64,000 nt of DNA, from the NCBI RefSeq assembly GCF_006345805.1, contig NC_043018.1:11904001-11968000 (forward strand), written 5' to 3'. Positions 13,177-26,954 of this stretch are shown piece after piece. Every line of letters begins with the position of its first letter. The first letter of the stretch is position 1. Under the pieces are notes generated by a model that was not told where the DNA came from, searched no databases, and was given only the letters and a program-made list of their open reading frames with translations. This DNA is from Octopus sinensis. Its lineage: Eukaryota. A program made the translations under genes and the position numbers.

Positions 13177-16100
13177 GAGTATTGAGCAAAGATGAGTTTG
13201 CAAATGTATTTTAGAGTATGTGTGTGTGTACATTCATAATATGTGTGTATTTACAATGATGTGAGTGTACATGGGTTGAGGTTTATAGGGTTTGCTAATG
13301 TATGTTTGTATTGTTATTGTAATGAAGTGGATATGCACATGGCTATTAAATGCATATGTGCTTGGTGCATGGCTATTAAATGTATATGCATTTGTTTGTT
13401 TTTTTATCCACAGATGTGTATTTAAGGCCAAATGGATTGGTATATGTGTGTGTGTGTGTGAAAGAGAGAGAGATGTTGATGTGAGTTGTGTACTGTTATA
13501 TCAACTGAGTGTGTGGATTTATGGTGTGTGTGTGTACAGGCAACGTAGAAAAGAGCTTGTTTGTGTGCCATGGGTATCTATGGGTAAAGTAGAGTGCATC
13601 AAAAGTGTGTTGTGATAGTGTGTGCTGATAGTATGTTGTGACATGTGTATAAATGTGTGGACAAGGCTAAATTAACAACTAACTCAGATGGGACAAGCAT
13701 AGGTTGGTCGTGGAAGAAGGTCTTGAGTGGTTTGTGCCTGCTGGTGTAATGCATACAGAGCTTTTCTGAGAAGTGGTTTGCAGGTAAGTAAGATGTGGAT
13801 ACTTTCTGCCGTACATAGATTACATAGCAGAGTAGGGCTTTGATAATGATACAAAATCATAACTTATATGCTGGGTGGTGTTTGTGGAGTTTTCAAATTT
13901 AACTGGTTTGTGAAGTAGTATGTATCCTGTCCCAGCTTCAGCAGCTGTTGTTGAGGGGCTGATTAAATCTGGTCTAGAACTCATTGGCAATGAGGCCAAT
14001 GTGTGCTTTGTTGTAATAATTCACTCTGACATTGCAACAGCATAAAAAATAAGAAAATAATATGACTCACTTAGGGAACAACCACTAAATGTCAGACAGA
14101 GAACCTCACAGACCCAGGATTACTCTGACTAGAAAGGGCATGTAACCTCTCCTAGCTGCATTCTCCAGCCTATTGGTACATGTCACATGTAGGCTCATTC
14201 ACCAGGGTGGTTCCTACCACTCTCACCCAACTTTCAGCAAATTTACTGGGAGCAGTACCACTCTCTCTCCACTAACAATCCTTTCTACTAAAGACACAAG
14301 GTCTGAAATTTGGGTTGGAGGGGAAGGGGACTAGTCGATTACATCAACCCCAGTGTTTCACTGGTAGTTAATTTATTGATCCCAAAAGGATGAAAGGCTA
14401 AGCTGACCTCGACAGAACTTGAACTCAGAACATAGCAGCAGATAAAATACTGCTAAGTATTTTGCCTGGAGTGCTAACAATTTTGCCAACTCACTGCCTT
14501 ATTCTCTCTCCACTAATGGTGATGATGATGGTGATGATGATGATGGTGATGATGATGGTGATGGTGATGATGATGATGATGATGATGGTGATGATGATGG
14601 TGATGGTGGCGACGACGACGATAATAATGAATAATATCCTTACTGTAATTTCAGAAGAATTCTTTGATGAATCTTCAACAACTGTCAGGGTGAAATTGTT
14701 TTGGATGGGATCCCATCTTAGTGGCAATTTCGTCCTTAGAATACCCTGGTAAAAAGAAACAAAAAAAAAAAACAAGTAATTTAAATAATAAAATAAGAGA
14801 AATATAAATAAAAGACATGTAGAATGGTAAATATATTAGAAAGGTCCAACATGAAATATCCATATTTATAGATACAGGAATGGTTTTGTGTTAAAATGTT
14901 TGCTCTGCAATTATTGGTTTTGGGTTTGTTCCCGCTACGTCGTATTTTGGGCAAGTGTTATCTGCTACAGCTTTGGGTTGACTAATGTATTGTGGGTGGA
15001 ATTTGGTCGATGGAAACTATACAGAAACCTATAGTGTATAATATGTATATATATATATATATAGATATATATATTATATGCACACACTTACACAAGAAAA
15101 TACCTAAGCAATAGGCTTTATGCATTCATTGATTTGTGCATTGTAGACTTACAGATGTTTCAGATATTCATTTTAGGTGCATTCATGGTTCCGTTTTTCT
15201 TAGTCAGTTGATTGAAAGATTGGAAAAAATGAACAACAATTATTGATGACCACCAGAGGGGTTGGTGGTGGGGTTTGACATTTCAATATCTTAAGTTAAA
15301 ACTATTCAACCTTAGTAACAGATAACAATAGAGGAAGGCTGATGGCTAGAAAAGGGTGACCTAGTTCCTTAGAGTAACCAACTTCTCACTTATCCCACCC
15401 TTCTCTCATTTCCTGGTTTTCCTCTCTCTCTTCCTCTTCCTCTCTCTCTTCCTCTTTTCCCTTTACTCCTTCTCCCAATCCCTTCATCATTTGTGCTTCT
15501 CTTAAATTTGACACATGATGTGCTAATTCTGAAGGTGATACTTTTTTAATGGTCATTCATTTTTTCTATCCATCAGACAACTGATCTAGTAAATGGAACC
15601 ATGAAAGCATCTAAAATGCTACTACTACTACTACTACTACTAGACAATTTCATTCCCATTCAAAATCAAAAGTGTCCACTAGTAAAGTTCTTTAAAAACC
15701 CATGTGCTAAAGTTGTTAAATATGAATGATATAGGTAAGAATTTGTAAAATTAAAGATTCATTATTTTCCTAAATTTATTCCCACAAGTTCTTATCTACT
15801 TTGAATTTGCTCATGGTACGAAAAAGAAGAAAAAAAGAAAAGATAAAAGGCTACCTGAGGTAATGACTTGACCAGAATCCAGGCTGTTCCTGATCAAAGG
15901 TTTACTCAGAGGTTACTCAGTATTCTAATGTAACCATCTTACCTTTTAGGAGTTTGTCTTGGATGACATTATCTACTGTATCCCTTACTCTTTTAAGACA
16001 TAGTATGGTTTGATTTGATGGAGATTTAGCAGCTATTTTTAGCATGTTATGTTACCACACACAGTCTTCCTTGCCAGCTTGACTTGGCTGCTGTTGTTTA

Positions 16101-19100
16101 GCTCTGATCAAGCTCATTCGAGCCATGGTCAAAGTCATTTCAGCCACAATCATCTCATCTTTTCAGATACAATTTATCTCACACTGCAGTACAGTACAGC
16201 ATCCACATTTGCGGCAGGCCAAAAAAAAGGGAGAGTAAGTTGCCCTTTCTTTTTGTAGACTGGGGTGACACCATAGGCAAGAGCTAACAAATCCTTAATC
16301 TCCTGTACCAGGGATACAATGAATACATTGGCAGCAGGAAGTTGGATAACCAGCAAAACAGAGGTGTCTGAGACCAATTGTGGCCAAGCGGAAGATCTGT
16401 ACCATTATACAATGGTTCTTATTTCTTTACTGCCCACAAGGGGCTAAATACAGAGGGGACAAACAAGGACAGACAAACGGATTAAGTTGATTATATCAAC
16501 CCCAATGCGTAACTGGTACTTATTTAATCGACCCCAAAAGGATGAAAGGCAAAGTCGACCTCGGCGGAATTTGAACTCAGAACATAGCGACAGACGAAAT
16601 ACTGCTAAGCATTTCACCTGGCGTGCTAACATTTCTGCCAGTTTGATGGTTGGACGTCAACTAGCAAATGAGCTGCTACTGTGGGGCAGCCTCACTGTCA
16701 GCCATGCTCATTGCACTCTTGCACACTACTTGATATTTGGCATGGAAACCCAGAGAGGCAGTCTGGTGGGAGGGGAACACCAACTGCCTTATTCACCATT
16801 TTGTTACTGAACAGAATAGGTAATGTTAACCTACAATTAACAGCTGAGGATGACAAGGACCTTGCTATCTTATATACCTTCCCTTTTTTAATTTAAGATG
16901 GTTGGATTTAATTTTCAGAGAGATTTAGCTGCTCTTTCTAACTAATTGAGCAACCATGTTGATAGCTCTCTTAGTAGTTAAAAGAATTGTCAGTTACTAT
17001 TGTTGTTTAGTGCATGCCATTACTGATCAAAAGGACCAGTGATCAACAGCATCTCAGCCATGACCATCCATAATATTTGTTCAGCACCGTGCACCTAGAA
17101 TTACATTATCCATTATGTCTTCACCTTAACAGCTGGTAAAGTGTGGTGTGAGGCAGACTTAGTCACTATTTCTAGCAGGTGGAGTGAATACACAGGAATC
17201 CCTCTTTTTAATTTATTGGGTTTCATAGCTGAACAAAGATGGTTGATTTGATATTTTATGAAATAATTTTGAACTCACTGATTTGCTGTCAATGGTGAAA
17301 AGATCACTGCAGGTTTTCAAATAATAAGTAACATTCAATGTCCTTGAAGCATTCACATTCACGACAAAAGCATCCGAGACATTTTCTTTAACATACGCAA
17401 TAAGCGGTATGCTGGAACTTGTTAGGAGTTGAACTGTATGGCTGGTACAAAGCTGTCCTCCATCACAGGCCTGGACAACTATAAAATAGGTCATGCGATC
17501 AGTCAAGTTCTTCTTACTGGTCACCTTTCCTGTGACATTATTGATATTGAATAGGTCAACGTAATTCAGCACGGAGTAAGTGATGACATTGTTGTTATTT
17601 CTGGAGCTGTCATGATCAACAGCATTGACTTCAAACACTTCCTGATTTGGCGCAATGGGAAGATTTCTTGCAAAATAACTTAGAGATTGGAATCTTGGTG
17701 AATTGTCATTCATATCTAACAAATAAATTGTCACGACTTCCGATGTTGACTGAGGATTCTTTGCATTGTCAGTTGCCACTATAGTGAGCTCAAATTTTTT
17801 GACATTTTCAAAGTCAAGTTCTTTACTATTTTTAACACTTACAACTCCAGTGACATTGTCTATTTCAAATGCTTGGTTTAAGTTTCCTTTGGTTATGGCA
17901 TAAGTCACATTATCAGAGTCACCATCATTAGCAGTTACTTGGAAAATATTCTTGCTGTTTGAATTTTCATTGATTGTTATATTTGTCTGAAGATTTTGAA
18001 ACTGAGGTGAAAATTTATTGCTGTTGATAACTTTAATGGTAAGGTTTTTCTGTGATATCAGAGGAGGAGAGCCATGATCTTGGACATAAATAGCCAAACT
18101 GTATGAAGGCCCAAGTAGATAGTTCAAACTGTTTGTAACTGTTAAAGTGCCATTGCTGGAATCAATGTGAAATTTGTTATATGTCTCAGTCAGGTAAAAT
18201 GTAAATCCTGGGATGAAATCAGTATCATTTGCTGTTACATTGCTCACCACGTAACCAGGTGACACATTATCTAATACATCAACCTCATCCTTCTGGAGCC
18301 AGATTTTGGGATGATGACTATTCACAGGTAGCACATGGATAATGAGTTGAGTGGAGGAATGGCTACTATTTTGACTGAAGCTGAGTGTGACATTATATAT
18401 TTGTTTATCGAGTACGTCACTGGTGATTATACATCTACATGTACTGTTGTAATTAACAACACTGTTTGATAGTGTCACTGTTAAATTGGATATATCAACA
18501 TGTGTGTCAACCATTAGATTTGGTGAAAGCTGAGAAATATAGAAATTTAAAATAAATACAGAAAACAAGAAAATCAGTAAGACAAAAATATATTAATACA
18601 AACACAGATGCCATTATTTAATCTTAGGTTAGTACAAATCAAGCAAAGGTGTTCCAGCAATGATAATTCCATTAGAGGCTCTCTTGTTGGTTGGTCCCTT
18701 ATAAAATATGATGTATAACAACAGATGTGTTGTAGAGTTACTGTTGTGCTGTATTTGGTTATTGGTGGGTTGTATAGATACTAGATTTTCCAGTGTATAG
18801 TTACTGGCAGTGGCGGACCGGGTTTAAAAATATTGGTTGCCAAGAGACTAAGGGGGCCCACCTGCAACTACAATGCTTTAATTTATTTATTTGTTGTTAA
18901 AAGTATTCTTTTCACCTGCCTACAAACACAGCCAGGCTGAAATAATTAATGCATTCTTCCAGGAATGAATTTAAAAATTCTCAAACTTGAGGGGACGGGC
19001 CCCTTAGATACTAACGTGGGATCCCATATATGGATTCTAATGGTGCAGGGGCCCACTTGCCATCGGGCAAGTTGGCAACTTGGCCAGTCCACCACATTTA

Positions 19101-22100
19101 CTTATGTGTTGTATACTTACCGTTGAATAGTTAGTGTTGTGTTAGATAGCTCCTAGTATTTTATGTAGTTACTAGTATACATTTGGTGTTGTATAGTTAT
19201 CGTTGTATAGTTACAGGTGTACATTTGGTGTTGTGTTGTATAGTTATTTGTGTCTTGTATAATCACAGGTATGTTGCTTGGGAGGAGTCGTCCCATATAT
19301 TTCATATATTTCAGGTAGTTTTGAGTTTGCTGTGTAAATGCTTCCTGGCTTTCTTGGTGGAGCTAGTAGCGTGTGTGGGTGTGTATGCTTGAGAGAGAGA
19401 GGAGAAAGGGAGAGAGGACAGAGAGAGAGAGAGAGAGAAAAAGAAATAAAAAGAAAGGAAGGAGAGAGAGGGGGAGAGATAGATAAATAGATAGAGAGGT
19501 AGATAGACAGACAGACAGACAGATAGACAGATAAAGAGGAAATAGTTTCCAGAACTTCACTGCTATGTTATCAACCCCAAAGAGTGTGAGACTTGGCTTT
19601 GGCAGGAATTGAACTCAGAAATTAGTCACAAAGTATTCTATCTGATGCTTTAATGACTTTGCTAATTCACTGCATTGGTTTTTTTTAATTAGTGTGACTC
19701 ATTGTCTATTAAAATTCAGTTTATTTTTATTTTAGGCGGTTGGTGAAATTTCAATCCTTCCCTACTCGAATTTTCTTAGTGTTGAAATGAAGAGGATTCT
19801 ATAATACAAAGATAATGAGTGGCAGACCAAATATGCTGATTGGTTCTCTGGGAATGCTACCACTACCACTGCACCACCAGCAACAACAACAACAACAGCT
19901 GCCATCATCATCATTGCCACCAGAACCTGCCAAGAATTCAGTTCAAATCTCAATCGCACCCAATTCTTCTCCATCACTGTTTTTCTAACAAGTGTTGACC
20001 CGGAGATACCCAGGATGGTTTCAGCTGCATCAAGTTCAAAGTGGACATGGAATTCCTCCTCTCTCGAATTTGCATATAAAATCTTTTAAAAGAACGTAAA
20101 GAAGAGAAATTCTTACTTGGAATATGTCAGTCCCAACTGATGTATTTTGCTTCACAAACAAATTAAAATGGCTTTTGACAAACTCAAACGGTTTTATAAC
20201 CTCTACCATCAGCAACGCAGCACTTTTGTAGAATCCTGTATGTTAAACAACAGAAGATCAAGTTTGATGTACACACACGCGCACGCACACACGCACACAC
20301 GCACGCACGCGCACACACACACACACCACACACACACACACAGAGTAATTAGGATTAAGAAAATGTAACTTAAGTTTAGTACAGATGTATGTCGACTGTA
20401 CTAATACAACAACAACAACAACAATATGCTTCATTCTTGGATAAAAAAGAACCTAAGTATGCGTGAAATGACAGATAATATTGTCAAATTACTCTCACAG
20501 AGACTGAAAGACTGGAATGCAGAACAGGAAAGAATGGAAAACTTGGAGAAGTTAAAATCAGAGAAATCTTTGAAGGTGTCAGCCTTTCACTGATATTGCT
20601 TATAATTGGCAGATCCACCTGAGCCATATTAAGCTCAATGAAAAAGCTCAAAACTATTTGGATAAAGGGAAAGGAAAGAAGATAAATGTAGGTGCAGGCA
20701 TGGCTGTGTGGTAAGAAGCTTGCTTCCCAACTACATAGCTGTGGGTTCAATTCCACTGCTTGGCACCTTGGGCAAGTGCCTTCTGCTATAGCCTTGAGCC
20801 AACCAAAGCCTTGTGAGTGGATTTGGTAGACGGAAACTGAAAGAAGCCCATCGTATATATGTGTGTGTGTGTAACTGGGTCTCACCTGCAAGGTCATGCA
20901 ATGTTTATCTTGATATGAGATCACCATGTCACACATATATGGTTGTGATGCATGTGCCTGGTGTGCCTTTACCAGACAAGTAGTCATGATGGGTGTACTG
21001 GAATTTGTATATTTAACCCAAGTGTCACTTTGATGGCATGCACTGCTCTCTCATTCAATAATAATAATGGATTCAAATATTGCCGCAAGGGCAGCAATCC
21101 TGGGAGAGGGGGAAAGTTGATTTCATCGAACCCAGTACTTGACTGGTACTTAATTTATTGACCCCCAAAAGGATGAAAGGCAAAGTCAACCTTGGCAGAA
21201 CAACAACAACAACAGCAGCAGCAGCAGCATCAACAACAGCAACAACAACAATAAACCTCCATCTTTATCTGACATCCTAAACAGAACTGGATGTGGATAC
21301 AACTGTTATGGCAAAGCAATCAACCATCTCTTGTATGCTGAGACACTTAGGTGCAAGCTCATAAATTTGGGCTGGTGAAAGGAGAAGTACAGATGACTAT
21401 ATTGATTCCAGTACTGTGGGTAATTTATCAATAAAGGGAGGATGGAAATTGACTTTGATGGAATTTGAACTTAGAAATTAAATGGAATTTAGCTAAACAT
21501 CACAAAGCATTTTGTCCAACACTCCATTGATACTGCTAATCCACAAAATATGGGAAACTTGAAAATTATTTCCAAATGTTTTTGGACTTACCATTGTCAG
21601 CAACAATCATCAAAGATATAACCTTGTCTTTTATTGGTTTGACTTGGAAATTGCTGTTTATAATCACATTACCATTATTCTGAATCTCAAAACGATTGTC
21701 ACCATATATTTTATATGTAAGTGTTCTCGATTTATCAGGATTAGATGCTGGAACCTGAGACAAAAAAAAATATAATATTACTTTAAAATTACTCATAAAA
21801 TATGATTATGTGGTTAAGAAGTTCACTACACAATCATATGATTCTGGGTTTGATCTTACCATGCAGCATCTTGGCCCAGCAACCAAAGATCCTTTCTCCT
21901 CACCACTTCATTCCACATCTTCCAGTGTCTACCCCTTCCACAGGTAACCTCCTCAATTACAGCATGGCTTTGGTTGGCCTGAGGCTATAGTAGAAGACAC
22001 TTCCCCAAGGTGTCACATAATGCATTGAGAAGCAAGCTTCTTACCACAAAACCATGCCTCTGCCTCATATACATATGTTTCATAGTTGAGTCCACTGCAT

Positions 22101-24148
22101 CTTAGAGTAGAAACAGTTGTAAGCTAACAAACTTCATCAGATAATCATTTATTCTTCTGTCATATTACAACAAACAAAAATACAAATGGCTTTTCTCAGA
22201 TGAATAACCTGGTGGCTCGAAGATACAAATATAGAATGAATAAAAACAATAAACTAATGCTATTAAAGTGCACACACAAATCTCATAGGAATATTTAGTA
22301 ACAGTCTATATCTGTGAGTAGCAAACTTCTTACACATGGAATAATGAAGGAGGCAATTGAAGACCAAACATCTTAAAGCATGAAAAATAGACCATGAATA
22401 ATTTGCCGTTTTTAGTTTTTCCAAAACTTTCATTTAGTTTTGTTGTATCTGGGGAGAGTCATTCTGCTTTGATGCCTTACTCACACTCACCGCTTTGATC
22501 ACCACTTATTTATGGATTTATATATTTTATCTTCTGAAATTTTTGTTGCTTCTTGAAACATCTTCAATAGTTGTTGACTTTGTTATCAGAGCTGCGTTTC
22601 TTTTTGTTTGTTTGGGTGCATGTGTAAACATATATGTACGTATGCACGTATGTATGTATGTATGTATGTATGTATATGTATGTGTGTGTGTGTATATGTA
22701 TGTGTGTGTGCATGTATGTATTCTGTATATTCATGTGTTTGTGTCTGTATGTATGTTATATCCCTTAAACTGGACATTTTTTTTATCAGTGGGGATTGCG
22801 CTATGAGCAACATTTTGGAAAAGGGCCCATAGGTACCTCAGGGGGACACCTAGAGACTGAGGACCACTTCCATTGTCTTCCTCAGAAAACTTTACACAAG
22901 AATTAACTTTAAGTTTGTATGTGGCAGATGCTCAGGAGCAATAAACACTGAAAATGCTCTGAGACCAACTTCTATGACATTCCAGGGAGAAAAACTAGAA
23001 ATAGTTGATAGCTTCCATTACCTAGGTGACCAAGTCAGTAGCGGGGGCGGGTGTGCTGAAAGTGTAACTGCTAGAGTAAGAATAGCCTGGGCAAAGTTTA
23101 GAGAGCTCTTACCTCTGCTGGTGACTAAAGGCCTCTCGCTCAGAGTAAAAGGCAAACTGTATGACGTGTGTGTACAAACAGCCATGCTACATGGCAGTGA
23201 AACATGGGCCGTGACTGCTGAGGATATGCGTAAGCTCGCAAGGGATGAAGCCAATATGCTCCGATGGATGTGTAATGTCAGTGTTCATACTCGACAGAGT
23301 GTAAGTACCTTGAGAGAAAAGCTGGACCTAAGAAGCATCAGTTGTGGTGTGCAAGAGAGACGTTTGCGCTGGTATGGTCATGTGGCGAGAATGGATGAGG
23401 ATAGTTGTGTGAAAAAGTGCCACACCCTAGCGGTTGAGGGAACCTGTGGAAGAGGTAGACCCAGGAAAACCTGGGACGAGGTGGTGAAGCACGACCTTCG
23501 AACTTTAGGTCTCACTGAGGAAATGACCAGAGACCGAGACCTATGGAAGTATGCTGTGCTTGAGAAGACCCGGTAGGACAAGTGAGACCATAACCTGTGG
23601 CCTCTACATGGGACGTAGCCAGTCCACTTATGCATACCTTTCCTTCTTGGGACACAAAACTCTACTTGTGAAGACCTGTTGAGGCAAGTGAGAATCGAAA
23701 TCAATCAACATCAATGGAAATTGCAGCTGTGATACCAGTGCGGGTGGCACGTAAGAGAACCATCCGAACGTGGCCATTGCCAATGCCGCCCTGACTGGCC
23801 TCGTGCCAGTGGCACATAAAAAGCACCATCAGTTCGTGGTGTTGCCAGCCTCGCCTGGCCCCCGTGCCGGTGGTACGTAAAAAGCACCATCCGATTGTGG
23901 CTGTTTGCCAGCCTCGTCTGGCACCTGTGCCAGTGGCACATAAAAAGCACCCACTACACTCATGGAGTGGTTGGCGTTAGGAAGGGCATCCAGCCATAGA
24001 AACATTGCCAGATCAGACTGGGCCTGGTGCAGCCTTCTGGCTTCCCAGACCCCAGTTGAACCGTCCAACCCATGCTAGCATGGAAAGTGGACACTAAATG
24101 ATGATGATGATGATGATGATATATACATGCACTAGCACTATGACCCGG

Positions 24149-24181
<33 letters not shown>

Positions 24182-26009
24182 CAAAGTACTAATAAGTAGA
24201 AAGGTAGACAATCCACAAATATCTTCAGGAAGATGGCCCTGCTCGATCTGTAGAAAAGGTGTAGGTAGAAACTCTATAAGATGTACCCAGTGTAAGCTAT
24301 GGACACATAAGAGGTGCAGCAATGTCAAAGGTAGGCTAACTGGGAAGATAGTTTTTGTATGTGGCAGATGCTCGGGAGCATTAACCTCCGAAAATCTGCA
24401 GAAAACAACTTCCGTCACTTTCCAGGGGGAAAAACTAGAAGTAGTTGATAGCTTCCGTTATCTAGGTGACCAAGTCAGTAGTGGGGGTGGGTGCGCTGAA
24501 AGTGTAACTGCTAGAATAAGAATAGCCTGGGCAAAGTTTAGGGAGCTCTTACCTCTGCTGGTGACTAAAGGCCTCTCGCTCAGAGTAAAAGGCAGACTGT
24601 ATGATGCGTGTGTACGAACAGCCATGCTACATGGCAGCGAAACATGGGCTGTGACTGCTGAGGACATGCGTAAGCTCGTGAGGAATGAAGCCAGTATGCT
24701 CCGATGGATGTGTAATGTCAGTGTACATACTCGACAGAGCGTTAGCACCTTGAGAGAAATGTTGTACCTAAGAAGCATCAGTTGTGGTGTGCAAGAGAGA
24801 CGATTGCGCTGGTATGGTCATGTGGCGAGAATGGATGAAGATAGGTGTGTGAGAAAGTGCCAATCCCTAGCAGTTGAGGGAACCCGTGGAAGAGGTAGAC
24901 CCAGGAAAACCTGGGACGAGGTGGTGAAGCACGACCTTCGAACTTTAGGCCTCACTGAGGAAATGACCAGAGACCGAGACCTTTGGAAATATTCTGTACG
25001 TGAGAAGACCAGGCAGGACAAGTGAGCCCAGCCCACTTATGAATGCCTTTCCTCCCTTGGACACAAAGACCGGTTGAGGCAAGCGAAGTCGATATAGAAC
25101 CTCATCCGACGACAGACACCCATCCCAACCCCCCATGCTTGCGAAGACATGTTGGGGCAAGCGAAATCGAAATCGAAATCGAAACCGAATTGAACCAGCC
25201 AGGATCCCTGGCCTGGTGGTACGTAAAAAGCACTATCCGACTCGGGGCCGTGGCACGTAAAATACTCCAATGCGACCGTACGACAGGCACCCATGCCAAC
25301 CCCCTTTGCTTGTGAAGACATGTTGGGGCAAGCGAAATCGAAATCGAATTGAACCAGCCAGGATCCCTGGTCTGGTGGTACGTAAAGCACTATCCGACTC
25401 GTGGCCGTGGCACGTAAAATACTCCAATGCGACCGTACGACAGGCACCCTTGCCAACCCCCTTTGCTTGTGAAGACATGTTGGGGCAAGCGAAATCGAAA
25501 TCGAATTGAACCAGCCAGTATCCCTGGTCTGGTGGTACGTAAGCACTATCCGACTCGTGGCCGTGGCACGTAAAATACTCCAATGCGACCGTACGACAGG
25601 CACCCTTGCCAACCCCCTTTGCTTGTGAAGACATGTTGGGGCAAGCGAAATCGAAATCGAATTGAACCAGCCAGGATCCCTGGTCTGGTGGTACGTAAAA
25701 AGCACTATCCGACTCGTGGACGATGCCAGCACCGCCTCGACTGGCTTCCGTGCCGGTGGCACATAAAATACACCAATCTGACCGTGGCCGTTGCCAGCCC
25801 CGCCTGGCACCTGTGCAGGTGGCACGTAAAAAGCACCCACTACACTCACGGAGTGGTTGGCGTTAGGAAGGGCATCCAGCTGTAGAAACATTGCCAAATT
25901 AGACTGGAGCCTGGTGCAGCCTTCTGGCTTCCCAGAACCCCGGTCGAACCGTCCAACCCATGCTAGCATGGAGAACGGACGTTAAACGACGATGATGATG
26001 ATGATGATG

Positions 26010-26044
<35 letters not shown>

Positions 26045-26060
26045 ATATATATATATCATG

Positions 26061-26091
<31 letters not shown>

Positions 26092-26906
26092 CATGATCAT
26101 AAGAACAAACCAGGTTACATAATTCAAAGCATAATTCAAAGTTTCATGCATGCATGATTGATTGATTGATACAAACACACATACATACATACACACATAC
26201 ATACATACATACACACATGCATGCATGCATACATACATACATAGATAGACTGACAGACAGGTTGGTTCATTCATAATACAAATATACATAAATATCACTG
26301 GCACCGTCTGCTTTTCCCATGATTTGGATGAGACTCTTTGAAACAATATTCAATGACCATTCATGATGCCAACCCTTATTTGATTTCCAAGGAAGGTACT
26401 TGATTAATGGTCTTTGCACATAAAGCCACAAAACAGGTTGTTTATTCCTTTAGCATTGAAACCGACCATATTAGGCCAAAGTATTCCACATGTTTTATGT
26501 TCAAACTGGCCAGATCTGACCTCTCACACCAACCTCACAATATCTTTCTAATAATTAACAGTTATCTCATCAAAATCTGAAAGCTACAGGATAAAGCAGA
26601 TAGGAGAATGAATGAAGCTTACATTTGGCAGAATAATGTGAATGCTGAAGCGTTATACAGTGATGCTGGTTAATGGAGTTGATAAACACATGTCACCAGA
26701 GTCAAGTGCAAAAACGTGTGGGGACAAACATACACATACAAATATGTACATTACATACATATATACCAACCTACCAACCTATCTATCCATCTATCCATGT
26801 GTGCTCATATACATTCATATATTAGTGGCTGGCTTGAACCCTCTTAGAAGAACTTAAATAAAAACCAAAAAAAATAATCATATATACAAGTTTCTATATT
26901 GTTGCC

Positions 26907-26954
<48 letters not shown>

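Noticed and set aside
16174-16377. Minus-strand ORF between exons 17 and 18
   Set aside because: PVYKKKG resembles a LINE RT remnant, and exons 17 and 18 join in phase and in domain.
19927-20082. Stop-free 156-nt phase 0-0 segment just downstream of exon 16
   Set aside because: It would need a 34-nt intron and a weak gttctg donor, has no cadherin similarity, and the EC is complete without it.
25037-25969. 310-aa minus-strand ORF with repeats; CRISPR-like appearance of the array
   Set aside because: Antisense reading of the RTE 3' UTR tandem units. There are no unique spacers and the context is eukaryotic.
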